This document shows positions 28,496 through 38,125 of a stretch of DNA of 64,000 nucleotides, in pieces. Position 1 is the first letter of the stretch; each line of letters starts with the position of its first letter. The DNA comes from Nitrospirota bacterium (lineage in GTDB: Bacteria; Nitrospirota; Thermodesulfovibrionia; Thermodesulfovibrionales; JdFR-86): assembly GCA_037386965.1 (NCBI GenBank), contig JARRLN010000002.1, forward strand, positions 11,443 to 75,442. The letters are read 5' to 3'. The notes beneath the pieces are model-generated. The model was not told the DNA's origin. It saw only the letters and a program-made list of their open reading frames with translations, and did no database searches. A program made the translations under genes and the position numbers.

Positions 28496-28804
28496 TCACC
28501 CTTTCATCCTGTTGACCTGGTCCATGTCCAGCGTCCTGTACCGGTGCGAGATGCCCAGGACGAAGGCCAGGCCCACCGACACTTCCGCCGCCGCCAAGGC
28601 CAGGATAAAGATGTACATGACCTGCCCGTCGGGCTGGCCCCAGCGAAACCCCGCCGCCACGAAGGCCAGGCCCGAGGCGTTGAGCATGACCTCTATGGAA
28701 AGGAGGATGAAGATGACCTCCCTTCTGAGGAGCACGCCGAAGAGGCCGATGATAAAGAGGACGCCGGCCAGGACCATCGCATGCTCGAACAATACGGCGG
28801 TCAT
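28496..28804 (-). CDS. nuoK: NADH-quinone oxidoreductase subunit K
   Basis: 102 aa, 3 TM, LSIEVMLNASGLAF and AAAEVSVGLA motifs. ATG 28804 inside the longer ORF 28496..29044. Confidence 0.9.
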   Translation of the reverse strand: MTAVLFEHAMVLAGVLFIIGLFGVLLRREVIFILLSIEVMLNASGLAFVAAGFRWGQPDGQVMYIFILALAAAEVSVGLAFVLGISHRYRTLDMDQVNRMKG

Positions 28805-29319
28805 CCCGGCCCTCCCCTCTTCTCCGGGACGTCCTCCCTCCGTCCCAGGTGATAGGCCCCGACAAGCCCGGCCAGAAGAAGCATCGAGCCCAGCTCCACG
28901 CCCAGCACGTACGGCCCGTAAAGGGCTATGCCTACCGCCTTGGGGAGGACTTCTTCCGCCCCGCCGGCAAGCCCGGTGGGGTGAAAAAGGATATACAGAA
29001 GCTCCCCGCCCAGAACGAGGGAAAGAAACGCCGGCCCTGCCCACATCTCCGGGACCATCCAGCGGGCGCCCCTCCGGGGAGGGACCTCGCCCAGGTTCAG
29101 AAGCATGATGACAAAGACGAAAAAGACCATGATGGCCCCGGCATAGATGATGACCTCCAAGGCGGCCACGAAGGGAGCGCCCAGTATGAAGAAAATGACG
29201 GCCACCGCAAGAAGCGAGACGATGAGGTACAAAAGCGCGTGGATGGGGTTTCGCCGGGTCACGGCAAGCATGGTGGCAAGGACGGCCACCACCGAGGTTA
29301 TGTAAAAAACGACTTCCAT
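28801..29319 (-). CDS. nuoJ: NADH-quinone oxidoreductase subunit J
   Basis: MEVVFYITSVVAVLATMLAVTRRNPIHALLYLI... ATG 29319 inside ORF 28801..29415. The stop overlaps the nuoK start. Confidence 0.85.
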   Translation of the reverse strand: MEVVFYITSVVAVLATMLAVTRRNPIHALLYLIVSLLAVAVIFFILGAPFVAALEVIIYAGAIMVFFVFVIMLLNLGEVPPRRGARWMVPEMWAGPAFLSLVLGGELLYILFHPTGLAGGAEEVLPKAVGIALYGPYVLGVELGSMLLLAGLVGAYHLGRREDVPEKRGGPG

Positions 29320-29338
29320 GCCTGCCCCTTTCGCTCCC

Positions 29339-29854
29339 TCAGGGCATGAGGTCCCTGACGTCCACGGGAGGCCGCTCGTCCACGGCCTCTCCCTTGTCTT
29401 TGCCCTTGACGGCAAGCCCCGCCACCTTGTAAAAGTTATAGCCGTGGTACTTGCCCTCGCCGTCTATGAGGAGGTCTTCCTTTTCGTAGACCAGGTTCTC
29501 CCGCCTGTACTCGCCGAACTCGGCGTCGGGGGTGAGCTGTATCGCGTAGGTCGGACAGGCCTCCTCGCAGAAACCGCAGAGGATGCAGCGGGAGAAGTTG
29601 ATGCGGAAAAAGGCGGGGTAGCGCCGGCCGTACTCGTCCTCGGCGGCCTGAAGCGCGATGCAGTCCACCGGGCAGGCCACGGCGCAGAGGTAGCAGGCCA
29701 CGCAGCGCTCCTCGCCCTCTGGGTCCCGCGAGAGGATGATGCGGCCCCGCCACCGCGGAGGCATATAGAGCTTCTGTTCCGGATACTGGACGGTCACCCG
29801 CCTCCGGGCGAGGTGGCGAAAAACGTTCCAGAGGGTTTTCAGTATGCTCAGCAC
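29339..29854 (-). CDS. nuoI: NADH-quinone oxidoreductase subunit I (2x[4Fe-4S])
   Basis: [12 protein letters not shown] and [15 protein letters not shown] 29854 lies 7 nt after the nuoH stop. The ORF-track ATG at 29902 would overlap nuoH by 41 nt. Confidence 0.85.
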   Translation of the reverse strand: MLSILKTLWNVFRHLARRRVTVQYPEQKLYMPPRWRGRIILSRDPEGEERCVACYLCAVACPVDCIALQAAEDEYGRRYPAFFRINFSRCILCGFCEEACPTYAIQLTPDAEFGEYRRENLVYEKEDLLIDGEGKYHGYNFYKVAGLAVKGKDKGEAVDERPPVDVRDLMP

Positions 29855-29861
29855 GAATCTT

Positions 29862-30815
29862 TCACCCCATCGCGGCAAGCAGTATGCCGCCGGTGACCAC
29901 AAGGTTCAGAAGCGACAGGGGAAGCAACACCTTCCACCCGTATGCCATGAGCTGGTCGTATCGCGGCCGCGGCAGCGACGCCCTGAGCAGGATGATGAAG
30001 CAGACGACCGCGAACGTCTTCAGGGCGAACCACACCAGGGGCGGCAGATACGGCCCCAACCAGCCGCCGAAGAAAAGGGTGACCGTGAGCGCCGAGACGA
30101 GGGTCACCCCGATGTACTCGCCCACGAAGAAAAGGCCGAACTTCATCCCGGAGTACTCGGCGTGAAAACCCGCCACCAGCTCGCTCTCGGCCTCCGGCAG
30201 GTCGAAGGGCAGGCGGCGGGTCTCGGCCGTCCCGGCTATCAGGAAGACCACCAGCCCCAGAAACTGGGGGATGCAGAACCACAGGTCCTTCTGCGCTTCG
30301 ACGATGTCCGAGAGCCTGAAAGAGCCCGCCAGCATGACCACCCCCATGAGGGAGATGCCCATGAAGACTTCGTAGCTCACCATCTGCGCCGAGGCCCTCA
30401 ACCCTCCCAGGAGGGAGTACTTGCTGTTGGAGGACCATCCGGCGAAGGCTATGCTGTAGACCGCCAGGGAGGACAGGCCGAGGAAATAGAGGAGCCCCAC
30501 ATTGAGGTCGATGACCTCCAGCCCCGGGGCGAAGGGGATGACGGCAAAGGACAGAAGAGCGCCCAGCACGACGATGGTGGGCGCGAAGACGAAGAGGGCC
30601 TTATCCGCGAAGGGCGGTATCCAGTCCTCCTTGGCCAGGACCTTCAGCATGTCGGCCAGGACCTGCAGGATGCCGAAAGGCCCCACGCGGTTGGGACCGT
30701 ACCTGTCCTGCCAGAGCCCCAGAAGCCTGCGCTCAAGCCAGATGAGTCCCGGGGCCACGACCATCACCGCGACGAAGACAAAAAGGACCTTCAAGACGGG
30801 TATCAGAATTTCCAT
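29862..30815 (-). CDS. nuoH: NADH-quinone oxidoreductase subunit H
   Basis: [10 protein letters not shown]...[24 protein letters not shown] (NuoH signature). ATG 30815 inside ORF 29862..31265. Confidence 0.9.
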   Translation of the reverse strand: MEILIPVLKVLFVFVAVMVVAPGLIWLERRLLGLWQDRYGPNRVGPFGILQVLADMLKVLAKEDWIPPFADKALFVFAPTIVVLGALLSFAVIPFAPGLEVIDLNVGLLYFLGLSSLAVYSIAFAGWSSNSKYSLLGGLRASAQMVSYEVFMGISLMGVVMLAGSFRLSDIVEAQKDLWFCIPQFLGLVVFLIAGTAETRRLPFDLPEAESELVAGFHAEYSGMKFGLFFVGEYIGVTLVSALTVTLFFGGWLGPYLPPLVWFALKTFAVVCFIILLRASLPRPRYDQLMAYGWKVLLPLSLLNLVVTGGILLAAMG

Positions 30816-30817
30816 GG

Positions 30818-33523
30818 TCACCCCTTCCGGACCTCCCCCCAGAGGGGGCTTCTCATCCACCGGAGCCCCGGAAGGCCCGACGGCAGGCCGGCCACCCCGC
30901 GGGGAAGCTCGGGCTTGAGCACGAGGGGAAGCCTGAGGGTCGCCTCTCCCAAAACGACGAGAAGCTCCTCGCCTCCGGAGGCGCCGAGCCCCTGGGCGTC
31001 CTCCTCTCCCAGGGCTACGTAAGGCTTGGGCGCAAGCGCGGCGATGCCCGGAGCCCGCGCGCTCAGCTCCTCGGAGCCAAACACGTGATGAAGCGGACAG
31101 AGGAGCCACCGCCCCTCCCGCCGGGCGAAGGGCTCGGGGATGTCCCCATAGTAGGCGCCCTCCGCCGCCTCCGCGGCACGGAGAAGAGGGACGCCCGGGC
31201 TTCCGCCCCTGAGGACGCCCCCGACCTGTTTTTGATACTTGTCCACGGCCTGCACGGAGTTCCATCCGGGCGCCCAGAGGCGCGGGATGAGGGAAGGGGG
31301 CGGCGTCCCCGGGTATCCCTCCATGGAGAAGTCCAGCGGAGAGTCCGGGTCCTCGGGGGGCCTGGGCTCATGGAGGGTCCTGTCGGCGTGCATCGCCGTC
31401 CGGCCGCTGTAGCGGTGGGGCTGGCGGGGAACCCTGAGCCCCCGCACCCTGAAGCCCGCGGAAGGGGCGGCCCGGGCGACGCCCCGCATCCGGGGCAGCT
31501 TCTCCTCGATGCTCCTGAGGAGGGCATCCAGGGTCTCCCACCGCGCGGCCTCGGGCCAGCGGGCGGCCAGCATCATCTGCCGGAGCCACCGCCAGCTCTC
31601 CCGCACCCCCTCCGGGGGCGGGAAGACCTCGAAGAACCTCTGGGCCCGGCCCTCGCTGTTTACCAGCGTGCCGCTCCCTTCGGCGAACGTGGCGGCGGGG
31701 AGCACCAGGTCGGCCTTCTCCGCGGTGGGGCTTGCCAGGGAGTCAAGGACCACGATGCGGCAGGCATCCAGAAACTCCTCGGCCCGCGCGGCTTCCATCC
31801 TGGCGTAAAGGTCGGCCTCCAGGATGACGGCCGCCTCCACCCCTCCGCCCCTTACCGTCTCATACGCCTTCCCGAGCCCTTTTTCGCTCATCAGGGCGAG
31901 GCCGATGCTGTTACAGTCGAAAGCCGAGAGGTAAAGCCTGCACTCCTTTCCGGCCTCCGCCAAGGCGCGGGCCACGTTGGCCGCAGCGTGGACCGCCGCC
32001 GTCCCCGCGCCCGCGCCCGATATCACAAGGGGCCTTTTGGCCCGCTTGAGGTCGCCCGCTATGTCCTCGGCCAGGCTCCTCACGCCCTTCTGGAGGGCGG
32101 AGACCCCGGGGGCGCCGCCGGCCAGCGCATGGGCCACGGCGAAGCCCAGCCTGGCGATGTCCCCGGGCGAGGCCCGGTAGGTGCGGCTGGCGATGTCCTC
32201 TATCCGCGTGGCTGCGGGCGTGGCGATACTGAGGGGGTTTTGCTCCTCCCTCTGGGCGAAGGTCCGCAAGGCCGTGTCTTCCCAGCGGGGAATGCCGTAG
32301 GAAAGGGCCAGCTCGATGGGCCCCTGGCGAACGGACTGCCTCAGGGCAAGGGCCATCCGGGGGGCGGTGGCCGAGATGTCCTCGCCCAGGACGAAAACGG
32401 CATCCGAGGACTCCGCTTCCTGGAGCGTAGGCGCCGGGGCCGGGCAGGTGCGGCGTACGGCGAGGATGGCCAAGAGGGCCTGAAGCTCGCTCTCCGGGAC
32501 CCCGGCATAAAAGTTCTCCGGGCCCACCAGCTCCCGAAGGAGGAAGTTCGCCTCCACCGAAGCCCTCGGCGAGCCCACCCCCACCACCCGGGCCCCAAAG
32601 TGCAGGACGTCGGCCATCTGCCTCAGCGCCGTCTCCGGGTCCACCGGCACGCGCCCCCATCCGCTCTCCCTGAGCAGGGGGCGGCCGATGCGCTCCGGGC
32701 TGTTTACGAACTCGTAGCCGAAGCGGCCCCGGTCGCAGAGGAAATAGCCGTTGACGACGCTGTTGTAGCGGTTGCGTATCACCCGCAGGGATTCGTAGCG
32801 CTCCCCGGCGATGGTGTTGCACCCGTGGGCGCAGTGCACGCAGACGGACGGGGCGCTCTGAAGGTCCCATTTCCGCGTGTAGTGCCCCTTGAGGGTCTTG
32901 TCGGTGAAAACCCCCGTGGGGCAGACCTCGGCCAGGTTGCCGCTGAATTCGCTCTCCAGGACGCCGTCCTCGTACCGCCCGAAGTACACGTGGTCGTGGG
33001 AGCCCAGGACGTCCAGGTCCCGCCCCCCCGCGTATCCCTTGTAGAAGCGCACGCAGCGGTAACACTGAATGCAGCGGTTCATCTCGTGGTTGACGAGGGG
33101 GCCCAGGTACTGGTTGCGATACGTCCGCTTCGTGAACCTGTACCGCCTGTACACGTGCCCCGTCATCTCGGTCATGTCCTGCAGGTGGCACTCCCCGCCT
33201 TCGTCGCAGACAGGGCAGTCGTGGGGATGGTTTATCATCAGCCATTCGATGACCTTGGCGCGGAAAGCCCGGGCCTCAAGGTCGTCCACGGAAAGCCGCG
33301 TGCCGTCCTCCGCCAGGGTCATGCAGGACATGGCGAGCTCTCCCTTCGCGTCCTCCTCGTCCTTGAAGACCTTGACCGCGCAGAGCCTGCACGCGCCCAC
33401 GGAGTCAAGGGCGGGGTGCCAGCAGAAGTACGGGATGTCGAACCCCAGCGTGAGGCAGGCCTCAAGCAGGTTCTGCCCGTCTTCCACCTCGTACGGCACG
33501 TTATCCACGTAAATGGTGGCCAT
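30818..33523 (-). CDS. nuoG: NADH-quinone oxidoreductase subunit G (long, about 900-aa form)
   Basis: N-terminal 2Fe-2S/4Fe-4S Cys patterns ([34 protein letters not shown]) followed by a molybdopterin-like domain. Confidence 0.9.
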   Translation of the reverse strand: MATIYVDNVPYEVEDGQNLLEACLTLGFDIPYFCWHPALDSVGACRLCAVKVFKDEEDAKGELAMSCMTLAEDGTRLSVDDLEARAFRAKVIEWLMINHPHDCPVCDEGGECHLQDMTEMTGHVYRRYRFTKRTYRNQYLGPLVNHEMNRCIQCYRCVRFYKGYAGGRDLDVLGSHDHVYFGRYEDGVLESEFSGNLAEVCPTGVFTDKTLKGHYTRKWDLQSAPSVCVHCAHGCNTIAGERYESLRVIRNRYNSVVNGYFLCDRGRFGYEFVNSPERIGRPLLRESGWGRVPVDPETALRQMADVLHFGARVVGVGSPRASVEANFLLRELVGPENFYAGVPESELQALLAILAVRRTCPAPAPTLQEAESSDAVFVLGEDISATAPRMALALRQSVRQGPIELALSYGIPRWEDTALRTFAQREEQNPLSIATPAATRIEDIASRTYRASPGDIARLGFAVAHALAGGAPGVSALQKGVRSLAEDIAGDLKRAKRPLVISGAGAGTAAVHAAANVARALAEAGKECRLYLSAFDCNSIGLALMSEKGLGKAYETVRGGGVEAAVILEADLYARMEAARAEEFLDACRIVVLDSLASPTAEKADLVLPAATFAEGSGTLVNSEGRAQRFFEVFPPPEGVRESWRWLRQMMLAARWPEAARWETLDALLRSIEEKLPRMRGVARAAPSAGFRVRGLRVPRQPHRYSGRTAMHADRTLHEPRPPEDPDSPLDFSMEGYPGTPPPSLIPRLWAPGWNSVQAVDKYQKQVGGVLRGGSPGVPLLRAAEAAEGAYYGDIPEPFARREGRWLLCPLHHVFGSEELSARAPGIAALAPKPYVALGEEDAQGLGASGGEELLVVLGEATLRLPLVLKPELPRGVAGLPSGLPGLRWMRSPLWGEVRKG

Positions 33524-33524
33524 C

Positions 33525-34826
33525 CTAGAGCCCCGCCCTTCCGTACGTGCAGCGTTTCTCCCGGATGTGCCTCATGAAATCGTCCTCGAAGTACCTGAGC
33601 GCGCTTCTCAGGGGCTCCATGGCCCCCGGGGCCAGAAAACAGAACGTGCGGCCCGACCCCAGGTCGCGGCAGTGCTCCCTCAGGATGTCCATGTCGCCGG
33701 GCTCCCCCTCGCCCCTCTCGATGGCCTCCAGGATGCGGGCTATCCACGGGAGGCCCTCCCGGCAGGGGGTGCACCAGCCGCAGGACTCCCGGCTGAAGAA
33801 GTCCATGAGGCTCCACGTGGTACCTATTGGGCACGTCCTGTCGTCCAGGACGACCACCGTCCCGGTCCCCAGCCTGCTTCCGCTTTCCGGCATGCTGTCG
33901 AAATCCATCTTCGTATCCAGATGCCCCTTGAGGACGAACTCCGTGGAGGCCCCACCCGGGATGGCCGCCCTGAACCGGTATCCCTCGCGCATGCCTCCGG
34001 CGTGCTCCTCCAGAAGCTCCCGCATCGTGGTGCCCATGGGAAGCTCCCAGGCACCCGGCCTTTGCACCCGGCCGGCCATCGTGTAGAGCTTGGTCCCTCC
34101 CTCCTTGGTCCGGCTCAGGCCCTTGTACCACGCGGCTCCGTTCTTTACGATGTGGGGGACGTTGCATATCGTCTCGACGTTGTTGTTCACGGTGGACTTT
34201 CCCCAAAGGCCGCAGACGGAGAGGTGCGGAGGTTTGGCCCGGGGGAAGGGGCGCCTGCCCTCCAGGGCCGTCATCATCGTGGCCTCCTCCCCGCACATGT
34301 AGCGTCCGGCGCTTGAGTGCACGTGCAGGCGGAGGCTGAAGTCCGTGCCCATGATGTTTTCGCCCAGGAAATTGCCGTCGTAAGCCTCCGCTATGGCCCG
34401 TTCCAGGCGCTTCCGCGCGGCGTGATACGCCCACCGGAGAAAAATGACCGCAGTGCTGGCCTCCAGGGCGTAGGAGGCTATGGCCATGCCCTCTATCAGC
34501 AGGTGGGGGTTGCCCTCCATCAAGACCCTGTCCTTGAAGGAGCCGGGCTCCATCTCGTCGGCGTTACAGGTGTAGTACTTGGGATGGCGGGCCTTCTCAC
34601 CCATGGGCATGAAGCTCCATTTCTTCCCGGTGGGGAATCCCGCCCCTCCCCGCCCCCGGAGGCCGGAGGCCAGGACTTCCTTGGTGACCTCCCCGGGCTT
34701 CATCTCCTTGAGGGCCCTCCTCAGGCCCTCGTAGCCTCCGGCTTTCCGGTACTCCCCGAGGGTCGGCGCGGCGCCGTCGGCCCTGAAGGCCCCGGTCAAC
34801 GGTTTTCTCTCCGTGCCCGCCGTCAC
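33525..34826 (-). CDS. nuoF: NADH-quinone oxidoreductase subunit F (NADH/FMN-binding)
   Basis: GLRGRGGAGFPTGKKW and ESCGWCTPCREG motifs. GTG 34826 overlaps the nuoE stop (GTGA). The ORF-track extension to 35051 is unsupported. Confidence 0.9.
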   Translation of the reverse strand: MTAGTERKPLTGAFRADGAAPTLGEYRKAGGYEGLRRALKEMKPGEVTKEVLASGLRGRGGAGFPTGKKWSFMPMGEKARHPKYYTCNADEMEPGSFKDRVLMEGNPHLLIEGMAIASYALEASTAVIFLRWAYHAARKRLERAIAEAYDGNFLGENIMGTDFSLRLHVHSSAGRYMCGEEATMMTALEGRRPFPRAKPPHLSVCGLWGKSTVNNNVETICNVPHIVKNGAAWYKGLSRTKEGGTKLYTMAGRVQRPGAWELPMGTTMRELLEEHAGGMREGYRFRAAIPGGASTEFVLKGHLDTKMDFDSMPESGSRLGTGTVVVLDDRTCPIGTTWSLMDFFSRESCGWCTPCREGLPWIARILEAIERGEGEPGDMDILREHCRDLGSGRTFCFLAPGAMEPLRSALRYFEDDFMRHIREKRCTYGRAGL

Positions 34827-35284
34827 TTGTAGTCCTCCAGGATGCTGTCTATCTTCTCCGGGGTCAGGTCTCCGTAAAGCTCCTCGTCCACCATCATGGC
34901 GGGGGCCACGCCGCAGGCCCCTATGCAGCAGACGGGAAGCAGGGTAAACTGCCCGTCCTCCGTCGTCTCCCCGAAGCCCACGCCCAGCCGCGTGCTCAGG
35001 TGCTCGAAAACCTCCCTGTAGCCCATTATCCAGCAGCAGAAGGAGTCGCACAGCAGAATGACGTGCTTGCCCACCGGCCTTCTGAAGATGAGGCTGTAGA
35101 AGGTGGCGATGCTGTCCACCTCGGCGGGCGACATCCCCAACATCTCGGCCACCTCGGGGAGCTCGCCGGAGATCCAGCCCCGGTGTCTCTGGACGACCTT
35201 CAGGGCGTCGGAGACGGCCTCTCTCTTGTGCACGACGTCCTTGAGGCTCTTTCTTATCTCTTCCTTTTCTTCTTCCGTGAGCAT
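34823..35284 (-). CDS. nuoE: NADH-quinone oxidoreductase subunit E (2Fe-2S)
   Basis: 153 aa; CDSFCCW...CIGACGVAPAMMV thioredoxin-like 2Fe-2S pattern. Confidence 0.9.
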   Translation of the reverse strand: MLTEEEKEEIRKSLKDVVHKREAVSDALKVVQRHRGWISGELPEVAEMLGMSPAEVDSIATFYSLIFRRPVGKHVILLCDSFCCWIMGYREVFEHLSTRLGVGFGETTEDGQFTLLPVCCIGACGVAPAMMVDEELYGDLTPEKIDSILEDYK

Positions 35285-35309
35285 CCCGTCTTCTCCCGCA
35301 AACGACGGT

Positions 35310-37082
35310 TCATTTGTCTATGTCGGCCAGGATGAAGTCCACGCTTCCCAGGATGGCCAGGAGGTCCTGTATCATGAGCCCCCGGCTTATCGCCGGGACC
35401 ATCTGCATATGGGCAAAGGACGGGGTGCGGATGTGCACCCGGTACGGCATGGTGTCTCCGTCGCTTATGAGGTAGTAGCCGTTGGAGCCCTTGCTGGCCT
35501 CGACCGCCTGGAAGGCCTCCCCCGCCGGCACCACGGGCCCCCAGCTGACGTTCAGAAAGTGGTCGATGAGGGTCTCGATATGAACCATGGTCTTTTCCTT
35601 GAGGGGCGGCGTCGAGGCGGGATGCTCCGCCTTGTACGGGCCGGAGGGCATGTTCATGAGGCACTGCTGCACGATTCTCAGGCTCTGGCGCATCTCCTGC
35701 ACCCGGACCACGGCGCGGTCGTAACTGTCCCCTCCCTCGGCCGTGGGGATATCGAACTCGAACCAGTCGTAGCCGGAGTACGGCCTCTTCTTCCTGAAGT
35801 CCCACTCCACGCCCGTCGCCCGGAGGCCCGGACCCGTCACGCCCCACTGGACCGCCTCCTCGGCGGCATAGCGGCCGATGCCCTTGGTACGGGCCTTCAG
35901 GATGCTGTTCTGCATGACGATGCGGTCGTACTCCCTGAGCCGCCGGGGCAGGTAGCGGATAAGGTCCCTGACCAGCTTCTCCCACCCCCGGGGAAGGTCC
36001 TCGGCGACCCCGCCGATGCGGAACCAGCCCGGATGCATCCGCCCCCCGGTGACCGCCTCGACGATACGGAAGATGACCTCCCTGTCGTTGAAGGTATAAA
36101 AGACCGGGGACATGGCCCCCAGGTCCTGGGCGAAGGTGCCGTACCAGACCAGGTGGCTTGCCAGGCGGAAAAGCTCCGAGACGAGGACGCGGATGACCTT
36201 GGCCCTCTCGGGCACCTCGATACCGGCGAGCTTCTCCACGGCAAGGACGTAGGGCAGGTTGTTGAGCACGCCGCCCAGGTAGTCGATGCGGTCGGTATAG
36301 GGGATGTAGGTATGCCAGGACTGCCTCTCCCCCATCTTCTCGGCCCCCCGGTGGTGAAATCCGATATCCGGCACGGCGTTGACGATGAACTCCCCGTCAA
36401 GCTCCAGAATGATGCGCAGGAGGCCGTGGGTGCCGGGGTGCTGGGGACCGAGGTTCAGGAAAAGATACTCCGTGTCCTCCCGCCTCCTCCTGAGCCCCCA
36501 GTCCTCGGGCCGGAACTCAAGCTTCCGGAACTCCATGGCCTCCTTCTCCTCCGGAAGCTCGTAGGGCTCCATCTCGGTGGCGCGGGCGGGGTGGTCCTTC
36601 CTGAGGGGATGGCCCTTCCACCCCGCCGGCATGAGGATGCGCCTCAAATCGGGGTGGCCGTCGAAGGATATGCCGAACATGTCCCACACTTCGCGCTCGT
36701 ACCAGTCGGCGTTGGGCCAGAGGCCGACGGCGGTCCCGACGGAGAGGCGGTCCTCGCCGAGGGGCACCTTTACCCTGATGTCCTCGTTCCTCTCCAGGGA
36801 CAGGAGGTGGTAAAGAACGGTGAAATCATCCCGGGGGAGGCCGTGCGCCTCCGAGCGCACCCGCTCGTCCACCGCCGTTATGTCGTAGAGCATCCGATAG
36901 GGCTCCTTTGCCTCGCTCTTGAGGAAGCGCAGGACGTCGAGCGCCTTGTGCCGGGACACCCAGACGGTGGGCACGCCGTCGGCGGCCTGCTCGGCCGTTA
37001 TGGCCTCCGGCCCGAAGGACGCCGTGAGCTCCCGGACGACCCTTTTCTCCTCTTTGACTGCCTGCGCTCTTTCCTGTCCCAT
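35310..37082 (-). CDS. nuoCD: Fused NADH-quinone oxidoreductase subunits C and D
   Basis: 590 aa. The N-terminal 30-kDa (NuoC) region is followed by the NuoD region ([15 protein letters not shown] ... ILADIDK C-terminus). Confidence 0.9.
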   Translation of the reverse strand: MGQERAQAVKEEKRVVRELTASFGPEAITAEQAADGVPTVWVSRHKALDVLRFLKSEAKEPYRMLYDITAVDERVRSEAHGLPRDDFTVLYHLLSLERNEDIRVKVPLGEDRLSVGTAVGLWPNADWYEREVWDMFGISFDGHPDLRRILMPAGWKGHPLRKDHPARATEMEPYELPEEKEAMEFRKLEFRPEDWGLRRRREDTEYLFLNLGPQHPGTHGLLRIILELDGEFIVNAVPDIGFHHRGAEKMGERQSWHTYIPYTDRIDYLGGVLNNLPYVLAVEKLAGIEVPERAKVIRVLVSELFRLASHLVWYGTFAQDLGAMSPVFYTFNDREVIFRIVEAVTGGRMHPGWFRIGGVAEDLPRGWEKLVRDLIRYLPRRLREYDRIVMQNSILKARTKGIGRYAAEEAVQWGVTGPGLRATGVEWDFRKKRPYSGYDWFEFDIPTAEGGDSYDRAVVRVQEMRQSLRIVQQCLMNMPSGPYKAEHPASTPPLKEKTMVHIETLIDHFLNVSWGPVVPAGEAFQAVEASKGSNGYYLISDGDTMPYRVHIRTPSFAHMQMVPAISRGLMIQDLLAILGSVDFILADIDK

Positions 37083-37097
37083 GCGTTCAGGCGCTCG

Positions 37098-37739
37098 CTA
37101 CACGTGCTCCGGCGGGCGGAGCCTGCCGGTCTTCCGCCGCTCCGCCCTCTTGAGGTCCCGCATGGAGGGCATCTCGGGCCTGTGCACCCCTTGGGAGCCC
37201 AGGGCCCAGGTGAGGGGCCTGCCCTCCTTTCGCACGAGCTTCTGAAGCAGGAGAAGCCCCTCCATGAAGGCCACCGGGCTGGGCGGGCAGCCCGGCACAT
37301 AGACGTCCACGGGAAGGAACTGGTCCACCCCCTGCACCACGCTGTAGATGTCGTACATGCCCCCGGAGTTCGCACAGGAGCCCATGGAGATGACCCAGCG
37401 GGGCTCCATCATCTCCTCATGGAGCCTCTTGATGACGGGGGCCACCTTCTTGAAGACCGTGCCCGCCACTACCATCACGTCGGCCTCCCTCGGGGTTCCC
37501 CGGATGACCTCGGCCCCGAAGCGCGCGATGTCGTACACGCTGGTGATGCTGGTGGCCATTTCCACATAGCAGCAGGAGAGGCCGAAGTTGAAGGGCCACA
37601 GGGAATTGCTCCGGCCCCAGGCGATGAGGTCCTTGAGCCTGGCCAGAAGGATGCTCCGGCTTACCGCCTCCGCAAGGGACGCCCGGGGCTGCCAGGGCCG
37701 GCTTATCTTCCAGGAGCCGTATTCACGCTCTTCCTTCAT
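37098..37739 (-). CDS. nuoB: NADH-quinone oxidoreductase subunit B (N2 cluster)
   Basis: [17 protein letters not shown] and VPGCPP motifs. Confidence 0.9.
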   Translation of the reverse strand: MKEEREYGSWKISRPWQPRASLAEAVSRSILLARLKDLIAWGRSNSLWPFNFGLSCCYVEMATSITSVYDIARFGAEVIRGTPREADVMVVAGTVFKKVAPVIKRLHEEMMEPRWVISMGSCANSGGMYDIYSVVQGVDQFLPVDVYVPGCPPSPVAFMEGLLLLQKLVRKEGRPLTWALGSQGVHRPEMPSMRDLKRAERRKTGRLRPPEHV

Positions 37740-38124
37740 CCTGCCTCCCCGTGACCTGCGGGCGCGGCCAGTCCAGCGCCCCCACCCGCCAGAGGTACGC
37801 CAGCGCGGCCAGAAGGACCGCTATGAATATCACCATCTCGATGTAGCCGGCCCAGCCCGCCTCCCGCACGGCCACGGACCACGAAAAGATGAAGACCGAC
37901 TCCAGGTCGAAGACGACGAAGAACATGGCCACCAGATAGTACTGGATGTCGAAGCGGAGCCTGCTGGTCCCTATGGGGGCCATGCCCGACTCGTAGGGCT
38001 CCTCGGTGGCCCTCTCCGCCCGCCGCTGCCCCAGAAGGTACGACACGACGAGCATCACGGCCACCGTGACCACGACAAGCCCCAGATAAACCGCCAGCGG
38101 CCAGTAGATGGTGTCCCCCTTCAT
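37723..38124 (-). CDS. nuoA: NADH-quinone oxidoreductase subunit A
   Basis: [16 protein letters not shown]..., [19 protein letters not shown] 38124 lies 1 nt after the cytochrome b-c stop. Confidence 0.85.
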   Translation of the reverse strand: MKGDTIYWPLAVYLGLVVVTVAVMLVVSYLLGQRRAERATEEPYESGMAPIGTSRLRFDIQYYLVAMFFVVFDLESVFIFSWSVAVREAGWAGYIEMVIFIAVLLAALAYLWRVGALDWPRPQVTGRQDEGRA

Positions 38125-38125
38125 C

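Noticed and set aside
31085-33577. 830-aa plus-strand ORF
   Set aside because: It is antisense to nuoG. Arg/Gly/Pro-rich composition; shadow ORF.
35103-37754. 883-aa plus-strand ORF
   Set aside because: It is antisense to nuoE, nuoCD and nuoB. Shadow ORF.
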